DNA from: Acetobacterium sp.
GTDB lineage: Bacteria > Bacillota > Clostridia > Eubacteriales > Eubacteriaceae
NCBI RefSeq assembly: GCF_036508315.1
Contig: NZ_DATCHP010000025.1
Location: 95,427 to 159,426 of the forward strand
Direction of reading: 5' to 3'
DNA: 64,000 nt
Positions 49,320-58,531 of the stretch are shown piece by piece; the first letter of the stretch is position 1; every line of letters begins with the position of its first letter. Below the pieces are notes generated by a model, which did not search any database, was not told the origin of the DNA, and was given only the letters and a program-made list of their open reading frames with translations. Made by a program: the position numbers and the translations under genes.

Positions 49320-50347
49320 TATAACTTACCGAACTCATATGCCGCCTCTAGCATCGCCCTGATATTCTGTTCCGGGATGGAATAGGGCATGAGCTGGGTT
49401 CCGAAAAAGAATTTTCCGCCCTGCCGACCTGCATCGATGATCCGTTTGACCTCATTCCTGATTTCTTCTTTTGACCAATCGATCAGTTTGATATCATTAA
49501 AGCTTCCTCCGCACAAAGCTCTGCCTGTAATTATTTTTTTACCTTCGGTGATATCGTCCATAGCGCTAAACAAACAGGCGCCAATACCGGTTCTTTCCAG
49601 CACCATTTCTATTACGGAATTCATCCGGGCTCCGCTGCAATTATATACTAATCCCTGGGTACCTCCAGGTTGCAAATCCTTTTCCATCCAGTTCAGGGAA
49701 AGTTCTTTTATCAATTTCATGGGAAGAAAATCGGTGGAACCAAATGGGTTGACATATACAAAAACGTCAGCACCCGCGTTTCGATAGGCGCTTGTTTCCT
49801 TGCGGAAAAATTCGGAGCACTTGGTTAGCAGCTCATCCCGTACTTCCACCGGACCCATCAGCAGCAGTTCCATCCACTTTTCTATTCCCATAAGAAGAGT
49901 CGGGAGTGTCATAGAGGCCGATAAAAAAGCAACTATGGGATATCTTCCGCCGGCCTCCTTCTTCAGTATGCGCAAACATTTCAGCTCTTCCTGAAACGCC
50001 GGGTGACTTGATATATCATCAGGAATCTGAAGCTTATGTATGTCATCATAGGTCTTCAAAATCATTTGTCCTACATTGGGAGGACCGTCCTGGGCAAAAA
50101 CAATTTCTTTGCATCCGAGTAATTCAGCTTCTTTACCGAAGTAAAAAAGACTCAAGAGATTATCATAGCCGTATTTTTCGCGCATTTTCAGCTGTGCCTC
50201 TGCAACGTACTCACCGTTGGAATAATACTCCTGCAGCGTCATCCCCAGTTCTTTGGCGCCCTGGTCACTCATGAAGCAGAATACCGGAATGCGGTCACAG
50301 GGAGTACCACTCATCGCGGCAATCAGTCTATCCATTCCAGTTATCAT
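49319..50347 (-). CDS. URO-D/MtaA-family (methylcobamide methyltransferase-like) protein lacking the HxC...C zinc motif
   Basis: The start ATG at 50347 overlaps the corrinoid gene stop (ATGA). 342 aa with MDRLIAAMSGTPCDRIPVF, a typical family N-terminus. It has VYNCSG where the paralog 60934-61926 has LHICGY. Confidence 0.7.
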   Translation of the reverse strand: MITGMDRLIAAMSGTPCDRIPVFCFMSDQGAKELGMTLQEYYSNGEYVAEAQLKMREKYGYDNLLSLFYFGKEAELLGCKEIVFAQDGPPNVGQMILKTYDDIHKLQIPDDISSHPAFQEELKCLRILKKEAGGRYPIVAFLSASMTLPTLLMGIEKWMELLLMGPVEVRDELLTKCSEFFRKETSAYRNAGADVFVYVNPFGSTDFLPMKLIKELSLNWMEKDLQPGGTQGLVYNCSGARMNSVIEMVLERTGIGACLFSAMDDITEGKKIITGRALCGGSFNDIKLIDWSKEEIRNEVKRIIDAGRQGGKFFFGTQLMPYSIPEQNIRAMLEAAYEFGKL

Positions 50348-51009
50348 TTTTGCACCTCCTTTATTAAATCCTTGATGATCTGGCTGCTCGTAATTGCGTT
50401 CTCGGTCCATGCATCTGCCTGTACTACTTTATATAACTCGTGATCATACCGATAAGGAGCGCCACCCACAATGATCTTGATTTGTTCCTCAAGACCTCTC
50501 TCCTTAAGGATTTGTCTGACCTTAAGGCAACCATTCTCTCCTCTGGCAGTATGCACCATCATGGACGATATCCCAATTAGCTGGGCTTTGTTGGCAACCG
50601 CTTCATCAACAAAACGTTCCGGCGGTACACTCAGTCCCAGGTCAATCACATCAATCATCATAGCTTTCAGGCAACCTATCACGATCCTTTTCCCCAGCCC
50701 ATGAAAATCCCCTGATGAAGTACCTATTACAACGCAGCCAACAACTTTCGGAGCTTGTTTAAAAAGAGGTATCATTTCTTCGGTAACCGCTGCAGCTATT
50801 TGAGCTGTAAAAAACATCTGCGACAGACAAGTACTATCATCCTCACTAATAGATTGAATCGCCTTTTCTAATATGGGGATCACAATCTCGAATACGACAT
50901 CTTCGGCGGCTACGCCATTATCGATAGCTTTATGAACTATTTCTAAGACCCGATTCTGATCGGTGTCATAAACCGCTTCTTGAAACTCCTCTAAGACTTT
51001 CTGTAACAT
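50344..51009 (-). CDS. Corrinoid (cobalamin)-binding protein, MtaC/MtbC-like
   Basis: 221 aa: an N-terminal helical cap plus a Rossmann B12 domain with GDFHGLG (DxHxxG), ISSMM and IIVGGAP. Confidence 0.85.
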   Translation of the reverse strand: MLQKVLEEFQEAVYDTDQNRVLEIVHKAIDNGVAAEDVVFEIVIPILEKAIQSISEDDSTCLSQMFFTAQIAAAVTEEMIPLFKQAPKVVGCVVIGTSSGDFHGLGKRIVIGCLKAMMIDVIDLGLSVPPERFVDEAVANKAQLIGISSMMVHTARGENGCLKVRQILKERGLEEQIKIIVGGAPYRYDHELYKVVQADAWTENAITSSQIIKDLIKEVQK

Positions 51010-51237
51010 GTCATTGCTCCTTTCCTCGTCTGAATCATCAGTTCTTGTGAAAAAGGTATTAGGTTAATATATTACGTTTTTTCAAGCTACTAAAGTAGAC
51101 TTCAAGAATTAAGCTATAGAACTGTGGCAGTGGTCATTGCGTTAACTTAAAAATTAGTATTGGATATATTCATTATATATTTATGGTATATACTATGCAA
51201 TATAAATTACAAGAAATACTTGGCTGCTGGAACCCAC

Positions 51238-52902
51238 TCAATCTTCTTTCATTTCTGAGGAATAGATCTTATATCCATTTCCACCCTGACGCTTGGCTTC
51301 ATACATCGCAGAATCAGCCTTATTAATCAGCATGTCTGCCTCAAATCCATGCTCAGGGAATAGACTGATGCCGATACTGGCTCCAATCAGTAATTGGTTT
51401 TCCTTATAGGTAAACGCGGTGCTCAATGTTTTCAAAACATCACCTGCAAATTTTTCAGCATTGACAATGTCTTTTAAATTTCTGAGTATGATTATGAATT
51501 CATCTCCTCCCATTCGACTGATGGTATCCGTTGACCTGATAATACTTTTTAATCTCACTGCCACCATTTTAAGAATAAGATCTCCGGCTTCATGGCCATA
51601 ATGATCATTCACACTCTTAAAATGATCCAAATCTATAAAAAGAACTGCAAATTTTTCATTTTTATCATCCAGTAAGCTCTCAAGATCTTCCAACATTTTT
51701 TTTCGATTAAAAAGTTCTGTCAGCGCATCATAATAGATAAAATGACGTATCTGATCTTCCGCAAGCAGTCTTTCCACAATCTCATTTTTAAGTTTCAGAT
51801 TTGTTTCTTCCAATTTCAATGTATATTTTTCTTGTATTTCAGCTATCATTTTTCTTTCAGAAACATCATGCAATAGAGCAAGTATCCCTAATATATCTTT
51901 ATATTCATCCTGTATAACGGTAGCTGATAATTCACAGACAAGCGCCTCTTTATGTCCCCGGTGTAAATCAACTTCAATACTCGTCACATTTCCTGTCTGC
52001 ATGATCGAATTAAAATTATAATTTCTGAAATTGATGATGGTATCCAATGAATTTTCCTTTAAGTCCTTATCATAAAAGCCCGTTATACTGAGCGCCGCTT
52101 TATTACAATTTTTCACAAGGAAATCTTCTCCTAATATGAAAATCGGTTCATTGACCGCTTCAAAAAGATATTCCGATACCAGTTCCCAAGAAATTGACAT
52201 CATTTTATATTTATTAATGGCGTACCAAATGCCACCCATTCCAACAGTGAGTGTTATGATCCCAGACGGGAAAATCATAATGCCCATTGGCGGCAAAAAC
52301 AAATCTGTGGTTAGTGCCAAAGCAACACTGATTAAGCTGGTGATTAAAATAATTTTTATCTGTTTTTTAATCCGATTCTTATGAGCCTTTCTCATTTTGA
52401 AATATATAATGACAATACTTATTGCCATTATAAGTACATTATATATACTAAAAACAGTACCAATCGGTGTCATCGTATATAAATTATCTACAAAGCCGTA
52501 AACTTCATGACTGACTACCTGTGAGGGTTCAAACATTAAATTACTGATGAAAAATATGGTTGAAATGATATATAATGCATATCGCATTTTTGAGGTGGCG
52601 TTTTTTTGATTTGCATCATTAAGTGAAAGTGCAAAGGATAACCATAGTGCATTAAAAAAACACCAACCTAATGCAGAAATGATTCTCCAGCTGTTTGCAA
52701 TTTCTACATTGGGAGAAATTAACATGAATGCATAGCCGATCGCCCAAAAGCTCGTAGAAATGCATATAACAAAAAATATTGTGTTGCTTTTTGATCTATT
52801 TTCTCTCTTTAAATTAGATATGCCCATCAATAAGTAAAAGATAAAACATATGCATAATATTGTAAACAACATTGTTTGAATAGTATCCCATCCCAGCATC
52901 AC
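51238..52902 (-). CDS. Membrane (7TM-type N-terminus)-PAS-GGDEF diguanylate cyclase
   Basis: 554 aa: about seven TM segments, a PAS region, a coiled coil, then RMGGDEFIIIL. Confidence 0.85.
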   Translation of the reverse strand: MMLGWDTIQTMLFTILCICFIFYLLMGISNLKRENRSKSNTIFFVICISTSFWAIGYAFMLISPNVEIANSWRIISALGWCFFNALWLSFALSLNDANQKNATSKMRYALYIISTIFFISNLMFEPSQVVSHEVYGFVDNLYTMTPIGTVFSIYNVLIMAISIVIIYFKMRKAHKNRIKKQIKIILITSLISVALALTTDLFLPPMGIMIFPSGIITLTVGMGGIWYAINKYKMMSISWELVSEYLFEAVNEPIFILGEDFLVKNCNKAALSITGFYDKDLKENSLDTIINFRNYNFNSIMQTGNVTSIEVDLHRGHKEALVCELSATVIQDEYKDILGILALLHDVSERKMIAEIQEKYTLKLEETNLKLKNEIVERLLAEDQIRHFIYYDALTELFNRKKMLEDLESLLDDKNEKFAVLFIDLDHFKSVNDHYGHEAGDLILKMVAVRLKSIIRSTDTISRMGGDEFIIILRNLKDIVNAEKFAGDVLKTLSTAFTYKENQLLIGASIGISLFPEHGFEADMLINKADSAMYEAKRQGGNGYKIYSSEMKED

Positions 52903-53092
52903 TGATTCCCCTTATCATTATAATTTGGATTCCACAGTCCTACAATTTCGTTTCTTAACTTCACTAATGGTCACCTCTAACGGCTTTATGCAGAGATTTA
53001 TGGCTTTTCCATAATCATTGCTTTCTTCCTCTATTAAATATCGACAGATTATCACTAATTATGATTACCAAATATCGATATTTCTAAATAAG

Positions 53093-54565
53093 CTACAGGG
53101 AAGAAATATTGGAAGAATTAGCTTTACCGCGAAATAATCTTAACGCGGTTAAAATTGCCCCAATGAGGCAAATAGCAGCTGCCGTTATATAAACAATTCC
53201 CATACCGTAAATAAATGCATCATTTCTGCCGACCACATAATCTGTTACATGAACTCCAATTTTATAACTCATTCTGTCATACAAAAGACCTGTAGCCAAA
53301 GCAATTCCACAAACCATCCCCAAATTTCTCACAAGAGCATTGACACTTCCCGCAATACCTAACTTATTTTTTGGTACAGTGGACATGACCAGAGAATTAT
53401 TCGGTGATTGAAACAGGCCGTTTCCCAAAGACATAACCCCAATAAAAAGCACCATGCTCATGATCGAAGAAGTCTCATTTAGAGTTGACATTAATATCAG
53501 CCCAAGACTTGTAAGCATTAGCCCCAAAAAAGTCAAAAACTCACCACCTATTTTATCTGACAGATGTCCACTGAATGGTGACACCACAGACAAAATAAGT
53601 GGATAGACCATAAGTATTAAACCAGTGAATCCCGGTGAAAATTTCATGACATCCTGGAGATAAAAGGGCTGAATGATCATTGAACAGAAGATAGCTGCAA
53701 AGGAAATAAATCCGCAAAAGATGCTGAGTGAAAATAATTTATTTTTAAAAATTCCCAACTCTAATAAGGGATCTTTACGCTTCTTTTCCACCATAATAAA
53801 TCCAATGAAGGAAAATATTGATATTAAAAAGCTTAACATGATAATTGGCTGGGTAAATCCAACCTCCTGACCTTTGCTCAGGGCACCAAATAGAGGAACG
53901 ATCACAAAAACAAATAACAATGCTCCTAATCCATCCATTTTTTCATCTGGGGTTTCATGCCCATTGGGAAGTATCTTCAAACTAAAAAATAAAGTGATCA
54001 TACCAATTGGTATATTAATTAAAAATATGTATTCCCAGCTGGCTGCCTCTACTATAAATCCTCCAAGGGGTGGGCCGACTAAGGCTCCAAGAGCCACAAA
54101 GGTTCCTATAATCCCTAATGCTTTTCCTCTTTCACCTACTGGGAATACATCTGCGATAATTCCCTGACTGTTGGCCATAACGCATGAGCCACCAACTGCC
54201 TGTATTACTCTGGATAAAACTAAAACTGTAAGCGAACTTGTCAATCCACAGAATAATGAACCAAGTGTAAATAAGGCTATTCCAAACTTAAACACCTTTC
54301 CTTTACCAATGATATCCCCTAATCTTCCAAAAAATAATATCGTTGCTGAAATGACAATCAAATAGCTTGTTATTACCAATTGAATGCCGGCTGTTGTTAC
54401 ATTAAGTGATTTAGCCATGACCGGTAAAGCAACATTTACAATATTACTATCTAAAACCGCCATAAAAACCACCATTGAAACGATAATTAAAATCGTCCAT
54501 TTATTTTTATTATTGCTATTATTCATTGAATTCATTTTCCCTGCTCTTTTTCCCGACTTATTCAT
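53093..54565 (-). CDS. MFS transporter, DHA2 (14-TMS, EmrB/QacA-like)
   Basis: 490 aa with LDSNIVNVALP, GRLGDIIGKGKVF (motif A-like) and 14 predicted hydrophobic spans. Confidence 0.8.
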   Translation of the reverse strand: MNKSGKRAGKMNSMNNSNNKNKWTILIIVSMVVFMAVLDSNIVNVALPVMAKSLNVTTAGIQLVITSYLIVISATILFFGRLGDIIGKGKVFKFGIALFTLGSLFCGLTSSLTVLVLSRVIQAVGGSCVMANSQGIIADVFPVGERGKALGIIGTFVALGALVGPPLGGFIVEAASWEYIFLINIPIGMITLFFSLKILPNGHETPDEKMDGLGALLFVFVIVPLFGALSKGQEVGFTQPIIMLSFLISIFSFIGFIMVEKKRKDPLLELGIFKNKLFSLSIFCGFISFAAIFCSMIIQPFYLQDVMKFSPGFTGLILMVYPLILSVVSPFSGHLSDKIGGEFLTFLGLMLTSLGLILMSTLNETSSIMSMVLFIGVMSLGNGLFQSPNNSLVMSTVPKNKLGIAGSVNALVRNLGMVCGIALATGLLYDRMSYKIGVHVTDYVVGRNDAFIYGMGIVYITAAAICLIGAILTALRLFRGKANSSNISSL

Positions 54566-54869
54566 AGATTTTCATTATGAACTTCAAATGCCAAGTGTTC
54601 TCCTGCTTGATGGCTTATAAAGAAGAACTTTTAATATCGTAACACATTTGAATAAGATCGTATAGAAATACTTCATAAAAAACGTTGCAAAATATGAGAA
54701 TTGCGATCGGATCCATTACCATTGATTCTTGTATGCAAATTTCTTTCTGCTGAGCATATGATATAGAATTCCGACTTAGCATTCTAGCTTTCAGCCATAA
54801 AAAAAAGGCTTATCAAAGCCATTTTTAAGTGTTTTTATGAAACTGTCAAAGGAAGATCAAATCTTCTGC

Positions 54870-55454
54870 TTAATTATTGTCTGGTACAATCTTATTAACC
54901 CAGGAGACAAATGAATCCATGAAAATTTGTAAAATTTTCTGTGTATTTTCATCAATAAGATCACCCTTTTCATCAAAGAGTATCGCCGCATTTCCAACAT
55001 AAGCTTCCGGTTGCTGCATTGTTGGAACGTTCAGGAATACCATTGATTGCCTGAGGTGGTGGTTCGCCCCAAAACCACTTAATCTTCCCGGTGACGTACT
55101 CACGATGGCACCAGGTTTACCATCCCATATGCTTTCTCCATATGGTCTTGATCCCACATCCAAAGCGTTCTTGAGCAACCCTGGAACTGATCTGTTATAC
55201 TCTGGTGTTACAAAAAGAAACCCATCAAATTTTTTCATGAGCTTTCTGAAAGTTGTCCATGCTGCAGGCGGTTTGCCTTCGTCATCAAGATCCTGGTTGT
55301 AAATTAAAAGATCACCTAACTTAACCTCTTCCATCTCAAAGGATGCGGTCTCCATTTTCATTAATGCCCTGGCAGTTTTCCTACTAAATGCCTCTTTTCG
55401 AAGGCTCCCGACGATTACTGCAATTTTCTTTTTTTTCACTAAGTCATCCTCCAC
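54870..55454 (-). CDS. NAD(P)H-dependent FMN reductase family protein
   Basis: 194 aa with IAVIVGSLRKEAFSRK and FVTPEYNRSVPG. Confidence 0.8.
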   Translation of the reverse strand: MEDDLVKKKKIAVIVGSLRKEAFSRKTARALMKMETASFEMEEVKLGDLLIYNQDLDDEGKPPAAWTTFRKLMKKFDGFLFVTPEYNRSVPGLLKNALDVGSRPYGESIWDGKPGAIVSTSPGRLSGFGANHHLRQSMVFLNVPTMQQPEAYVGNAAILFDEKGDLIDENTQKILQIFMDSFVSWVNKIVPDNN

Positions 55455-55723
55455 TGTTTTGTTTTGTTTTATTAAAACTGATCTACTTTTATTACATACC
55501 CTTTAACCTACTCTTATAACACTTAATCATCTATTATTTTACTGCTAACGATTTCAGTTAACAGTAATTGTCCAAAATAAAATAAACTGCCATACAATCT
55601 GTTTAGATTGTATGGCAGTGCCAGATAAATAATGTCTTTGAAACTGGGCTTTGTCAGCAGTCTGTGCTACTCATTGCAAAATATGCTGAAGTTCAATTTC
55701 ATTGCCTGGTTCAATAATTTTAT

Positions 55724-56803
55724 CTATCTAGTATAGCCTACCCACTGAGACTTTCTGTCTTCGGGCATTCCAATTTTATCAAGTGCTTCTGCAGCTCTTC
55801 TTTGAACATCCTTATCGCTATCCTTTAAAGAACCACACAATTGATCTACTGAAGGTTTACCTATTCTGATCAGTGCTTCCGCTACTCTTTCACGAACATC
55901 ATAATCGCAATCCTTCAAAGCTTCACACAGCGGGTCAACTGCACGGGCATCTCCTATTTTTCCCAATGCCCTTGCTGCTCCTGAACGAATATAATAGTCA
56001 CCTTCGCTTAAAGCTGTACACAGTGTATCCACTGCATCTTTTCCCAAAGAAATAATCTCATTCCAATTTCCCTTAGCCATCATATACCAGATCTTAACTA
56101 TTTCATCCGTCGGTATTTCTATTTTATCAAGTGCTTCTGCCGATTCTTTACGAACATAATAATCGGGATCCTTCAAAGCTGCACACAGCGGTTTTACTGC
56201 CGAGGCATCACCTATTTCACCAAGGGCGTTTGCAGCCCAATATCGAACATCATCGTCCCTATCTTTCAAAGCAACGCACAGCGGCTCAACTGCACGAGCA
56301 TCACCTATCATACCCAGCGCATAGGCTGCCAAATAACGAACATTCCCATCACTATCTTTTAAAGCTGCAAACAGGGATTCCACTGATGCTTTGCCTATTT
56401 TGACCAGTGCTTCTGCCGCTCCTTCGCGAACATATTTATCACTGTCTTTTAAAGCTTCACATAACCATACTACGGCTCGGGCGTTACCTATTAATCCCAG
56501 TGCTTTTGCCGCACCTGCGCGGACTCCACCGTCACACTCCTTCAAAGCAGCGCTCAGTTGGTCTAATGCACGGGCATCACCTGTTAAACCCAGTGCATAG
56601 GTTGCCAGATAACGAACATTTTCATCCCTATTCTTTAATGCTGCAAACAACGGTTCTAACGAAGGTTCACCTATTTCACCCAATGCCTCTGCTGATTCTT
56701 TACGAATGTTATTATCCTTCTCATATGAAAGAGCCTTCACCAACCCTTTCACATTCTTCTTACCTTTTAGTTTTACTACATTTGGAGGTCCGAATAAACT
56801 CAT
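55724..56803 (-). CDS. HEAT-repeat (PBS-lyase-type) protein
   Basis: 359 aa made of about 10 units of ~31 aa: D..VR..AA.ALG.IGDARAV.PLC.ALKD. Confidence 0.8.
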   Translation of the reverse strand: MSLFGPPNVVKLKGKKNVKGLVKALSYEKDNNIRKESAEALGEIGEPSLEPLFAALKNRDENVRYLATYALGLTGDARALDQLSAALKECDGGVRAGAAKALGLIGNARAVVWLCEALKDSDKYVREGAAEALVKIGKASVESLFAALKDSDGNVRYLAAYALGMIGDARAVEPLCVALKDRDDDVRYWAANALGEIGDASAVKPLCAALKDPDYYVRKESAEALDKIEIPTDEIVKIWYMMAKGNWNEIISLGKDAVDTLCTALSEGDYYIRSGAARALGKIGDARAVDPLCEALKDCDYDVRERVAEALIRIGKPSVDQLCGSLKDSDKDVQRRAAEALDKIGMPEDRKSQWVGYTR

Positions 56804-56954
56804 AAATACAACTCCTTTTATCTAAATATTTGAATTGTGATCAACAATTATTCTTTACTCATGTCTGATCAAATATAAACTGTTATTATCCTACCACATT
56901 TGGAAGAGATCGTACAGAGACTCTTTATAAAACGATTCATCGATTAATAAAATA

Positions 56955-57017
56955 TTGACGGAAAGGAAAAGATATGTTAATATATACTATACATATATGA
57001 TTAGTATATATTAACAT
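56955..57017 (+). promoter_or_regulatory. Consensus-like promoter overlapped by a 44-bp near-perfect palindrome (candidate operator)
   Basis: TTGACG (56955-56960), a 17-nt spacer, then TAATAT (56978-56983). The arms atgttaatatatacta (56974-56989) and tagtatatattaacat (57002-57017) are perfectly complementary. The centre contains the palindromic catatatg. Confidence 0.6.
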
Positions 57018-57085
57018 GAAGAAGCTCTTCAGTCCTATAAGATAAGAAGGACATTCGAAAAATTTTAAAGAAGGAGGAAGAAATT

Positions 57086-57238
57086 ATGGCGGCAATTTTT
57101 ATTAATCAGTGGAAAACCAATTCTTTTCGAACTTTCAGCTCATTTTCTTTTTCAGACAATAAAAAAGCACGCACTCGTAAAATATGCATACCAAATGGTT
57201 TTATAAAGGATAGCCTTAATTTCATTGATTTGATATGA
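57086..57238 (+). CDS. 50-aa ORF translationally coupled to the DUF2325 gene
   Basis: Strong RBS AAGGAGGAAGaaatt-ATG. Hand translation: MAAIFINQWKTNSFRTFSSFSFSDNKKARTRKICIPNGFIKDSLNFIDLI. Its stop overlaps the next start (ATGA at 57235-57238). Confidence 0.45.
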   Translation: MAAIFINQWKTNSFRTFSSFSFSDNKKARTRKICIPNGFIKDSLNFIDLI

Positions 57239-57606
57239 GTATTGTAATTATTGGAGGCCATGATAGAATGGTTTGTACGTACAAAGAAATCTGTAAAAAA
57301 TATCATTGCAAAGTAAAGATTTTCACACAAATGCCCGGAGATATGAAGAATATGATTGGAAGTCCAGACCTCCTCGTTCTTTTTACAAATACTGTTTCAC
57401 ATAAGATGGTTCACAGTGCATTGAAAAGCTGCGAAAAAACAGGGGCGAAAATTATACGCTCACATCGAAGCAGTTCCTGCGCCTTAGATAATATTTTATT
57501 AAACTATTGTTCTGGAGAGAATTGTATGGAATGTCTGAATAATAATAAAATCGATAGTTCTGTAAATAGTGGTCATCAAAAATCTTATCAAAATTCTCAC
57601 CACTAG
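57235..57606 (+). CDS. DUF2325 domain protein
   Basis: 123 aa with MSIVIIGGHDRM...DLLVLFTNTVSHKM, which matches my memory of DUF2325. Confidence 0.6.
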   Translation: MSIVIIGGHDRMVCTYKEICKKYHCKVKIFTQMPGDMKNMIGSPDLLVLFTNTVSHKMVHSALKSCEKTGAKIIRSHRSSSCALDNILLNYCSGENCMECLNNNKIDSSVNSGHQKSYQNSHH

Positions 57607-57632
57607 ATAATTCTTCGACTTTAATTTTCAGT

Positions 57633-57695
57633 AAAAAAAAACGGTTTATCTTTGGGTCAAGTTTTTCTTGACCTGTTAAAGATAAACCGTTTTTT
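57633..57695. terminator. Bidirectional intrinsic terminator between convergent genes
   Basis: The 15-bp outer stem aaacggtttatcttt / aaagataaaccgttt has an inner hairpin and is flanked by an A-run (57633-57640) and a T-run (57690-57695). Confidence 0.75.
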
Positions 57696-57759
57696 AATAT
57701 TCATTAAAAATGGTAGTGTTTATTCAAAATGGCAACAATTTATTGATCTGATATTTAAG

Positions 57760-58512
57760 CTAGATAACATAATCTCTGTCCGGCAAAATCCTATACAGGA
57801 ATTGTCTGGTTCTTTCTTCACTGGGCCAAGTGAAAATCTCTTTTGGCGGCCCCTGCTCGACAATAACCCCGCCGTCCATGAACACGATATGATTTGCCAC
57901 CTCTTGAGCAAATGACATTTCATGGGTTACAACGACCATGGTGGCGCCTTCCTTTGCAAGCTGCTTCATTACGTCAAGGACTTCACCAATTAACTCCGGA
58001 TCAAGAGCGGAAGTTGGCTCATCAAATAAAATCACATCAGGATTTACAGCAATGGCTCTCGCAATACCGACACGCTGTTGTTGTCCACCGGACAGCTTGG
58101 ATGGATAAAAATCATAGCGATCCGAAAGCCCCACTTTTTTCAAGGATTGCTTTGCAATTTCAATGGCTTCATTTTTCGGAATTTTTCTTGCTATAATAAG
58201 GCCTTCTGTAACATTTTCCAGGACGGTTTTATTGTTGAATAAATTATAGTTTTGAAACACAAATGCCGTTCTTTTTCTGATTTTTGAAATATCCCCAGCG
58301 CTTGCACTTGGGATATTTACTTGAAGATTATCAAAAATAATCTCGCCCTGGTCTGCCCGTTCCAGGAAGTTAATACAGCGAAGCAGCGTGGTTTTTCCAG
58401 AGCCACTAGGCCCCAGAATGACCACAACATCGCCTTTATCTACTTTGATACTGACACCTTTTAGTACTTCATTGTCATGAAAAGCTTTATGTATATTTTT
58501 AATCTCCAGCAT
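57760..58512 (-). CDS. Amino-acid ABC transporter ATP-binding protein
   Basis: Walker [10 protein letters not shown], signature LSGGQQQR, Walker [13 protein letters not shown] prefer the start at 58512 (AGGAGAtgcaggt-ATG). The ORF-track start at 58539 has no RBS. Confidence 0.9.
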   Translation of the reverse strand: MLEIKNIHKAFHDNEVLKGVSIKVDKGDVVVILGPSGSGKTTLLRCINFLERADQGEIIFDNLQVNIPSASAGDISKIRKRTAFVFQNYNLFNNKTVLENVTEGLIIARKIPKNEAIEIAKQSLKKVGLSDRYDFYPSKLSGGQQQRVGIARAIAVNPDVILFDEPTSALDPELIGEVLDVMKQLAKEGATMVVVTHEMSFAQEVANHIVFMDGGVIVEQGPPKEIFTWPSEERTRQFLYRILPDRDYVI

Positions 58513-58531
58513 ACCTGCATCTCCTGATTCA

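Noticed and set aside
51010-51237. Possible cobalamin riboswitch upstream of the corrinoid-protein operon
   Set aside because: I looked on the minus strand for the B12-box and the conserved GGTGAAA / GCCACTG-type cores. Only a chance CCACTGCC is present, and there are no other conserved blocks.
55724-56803. CRISPR-like or tandem DNA repeat array
   Set aside because: The periodicity (~93 bp) is in-frame protein HEAT repeats within one long ORF. There are no short identical direct repeats with unique spacers.
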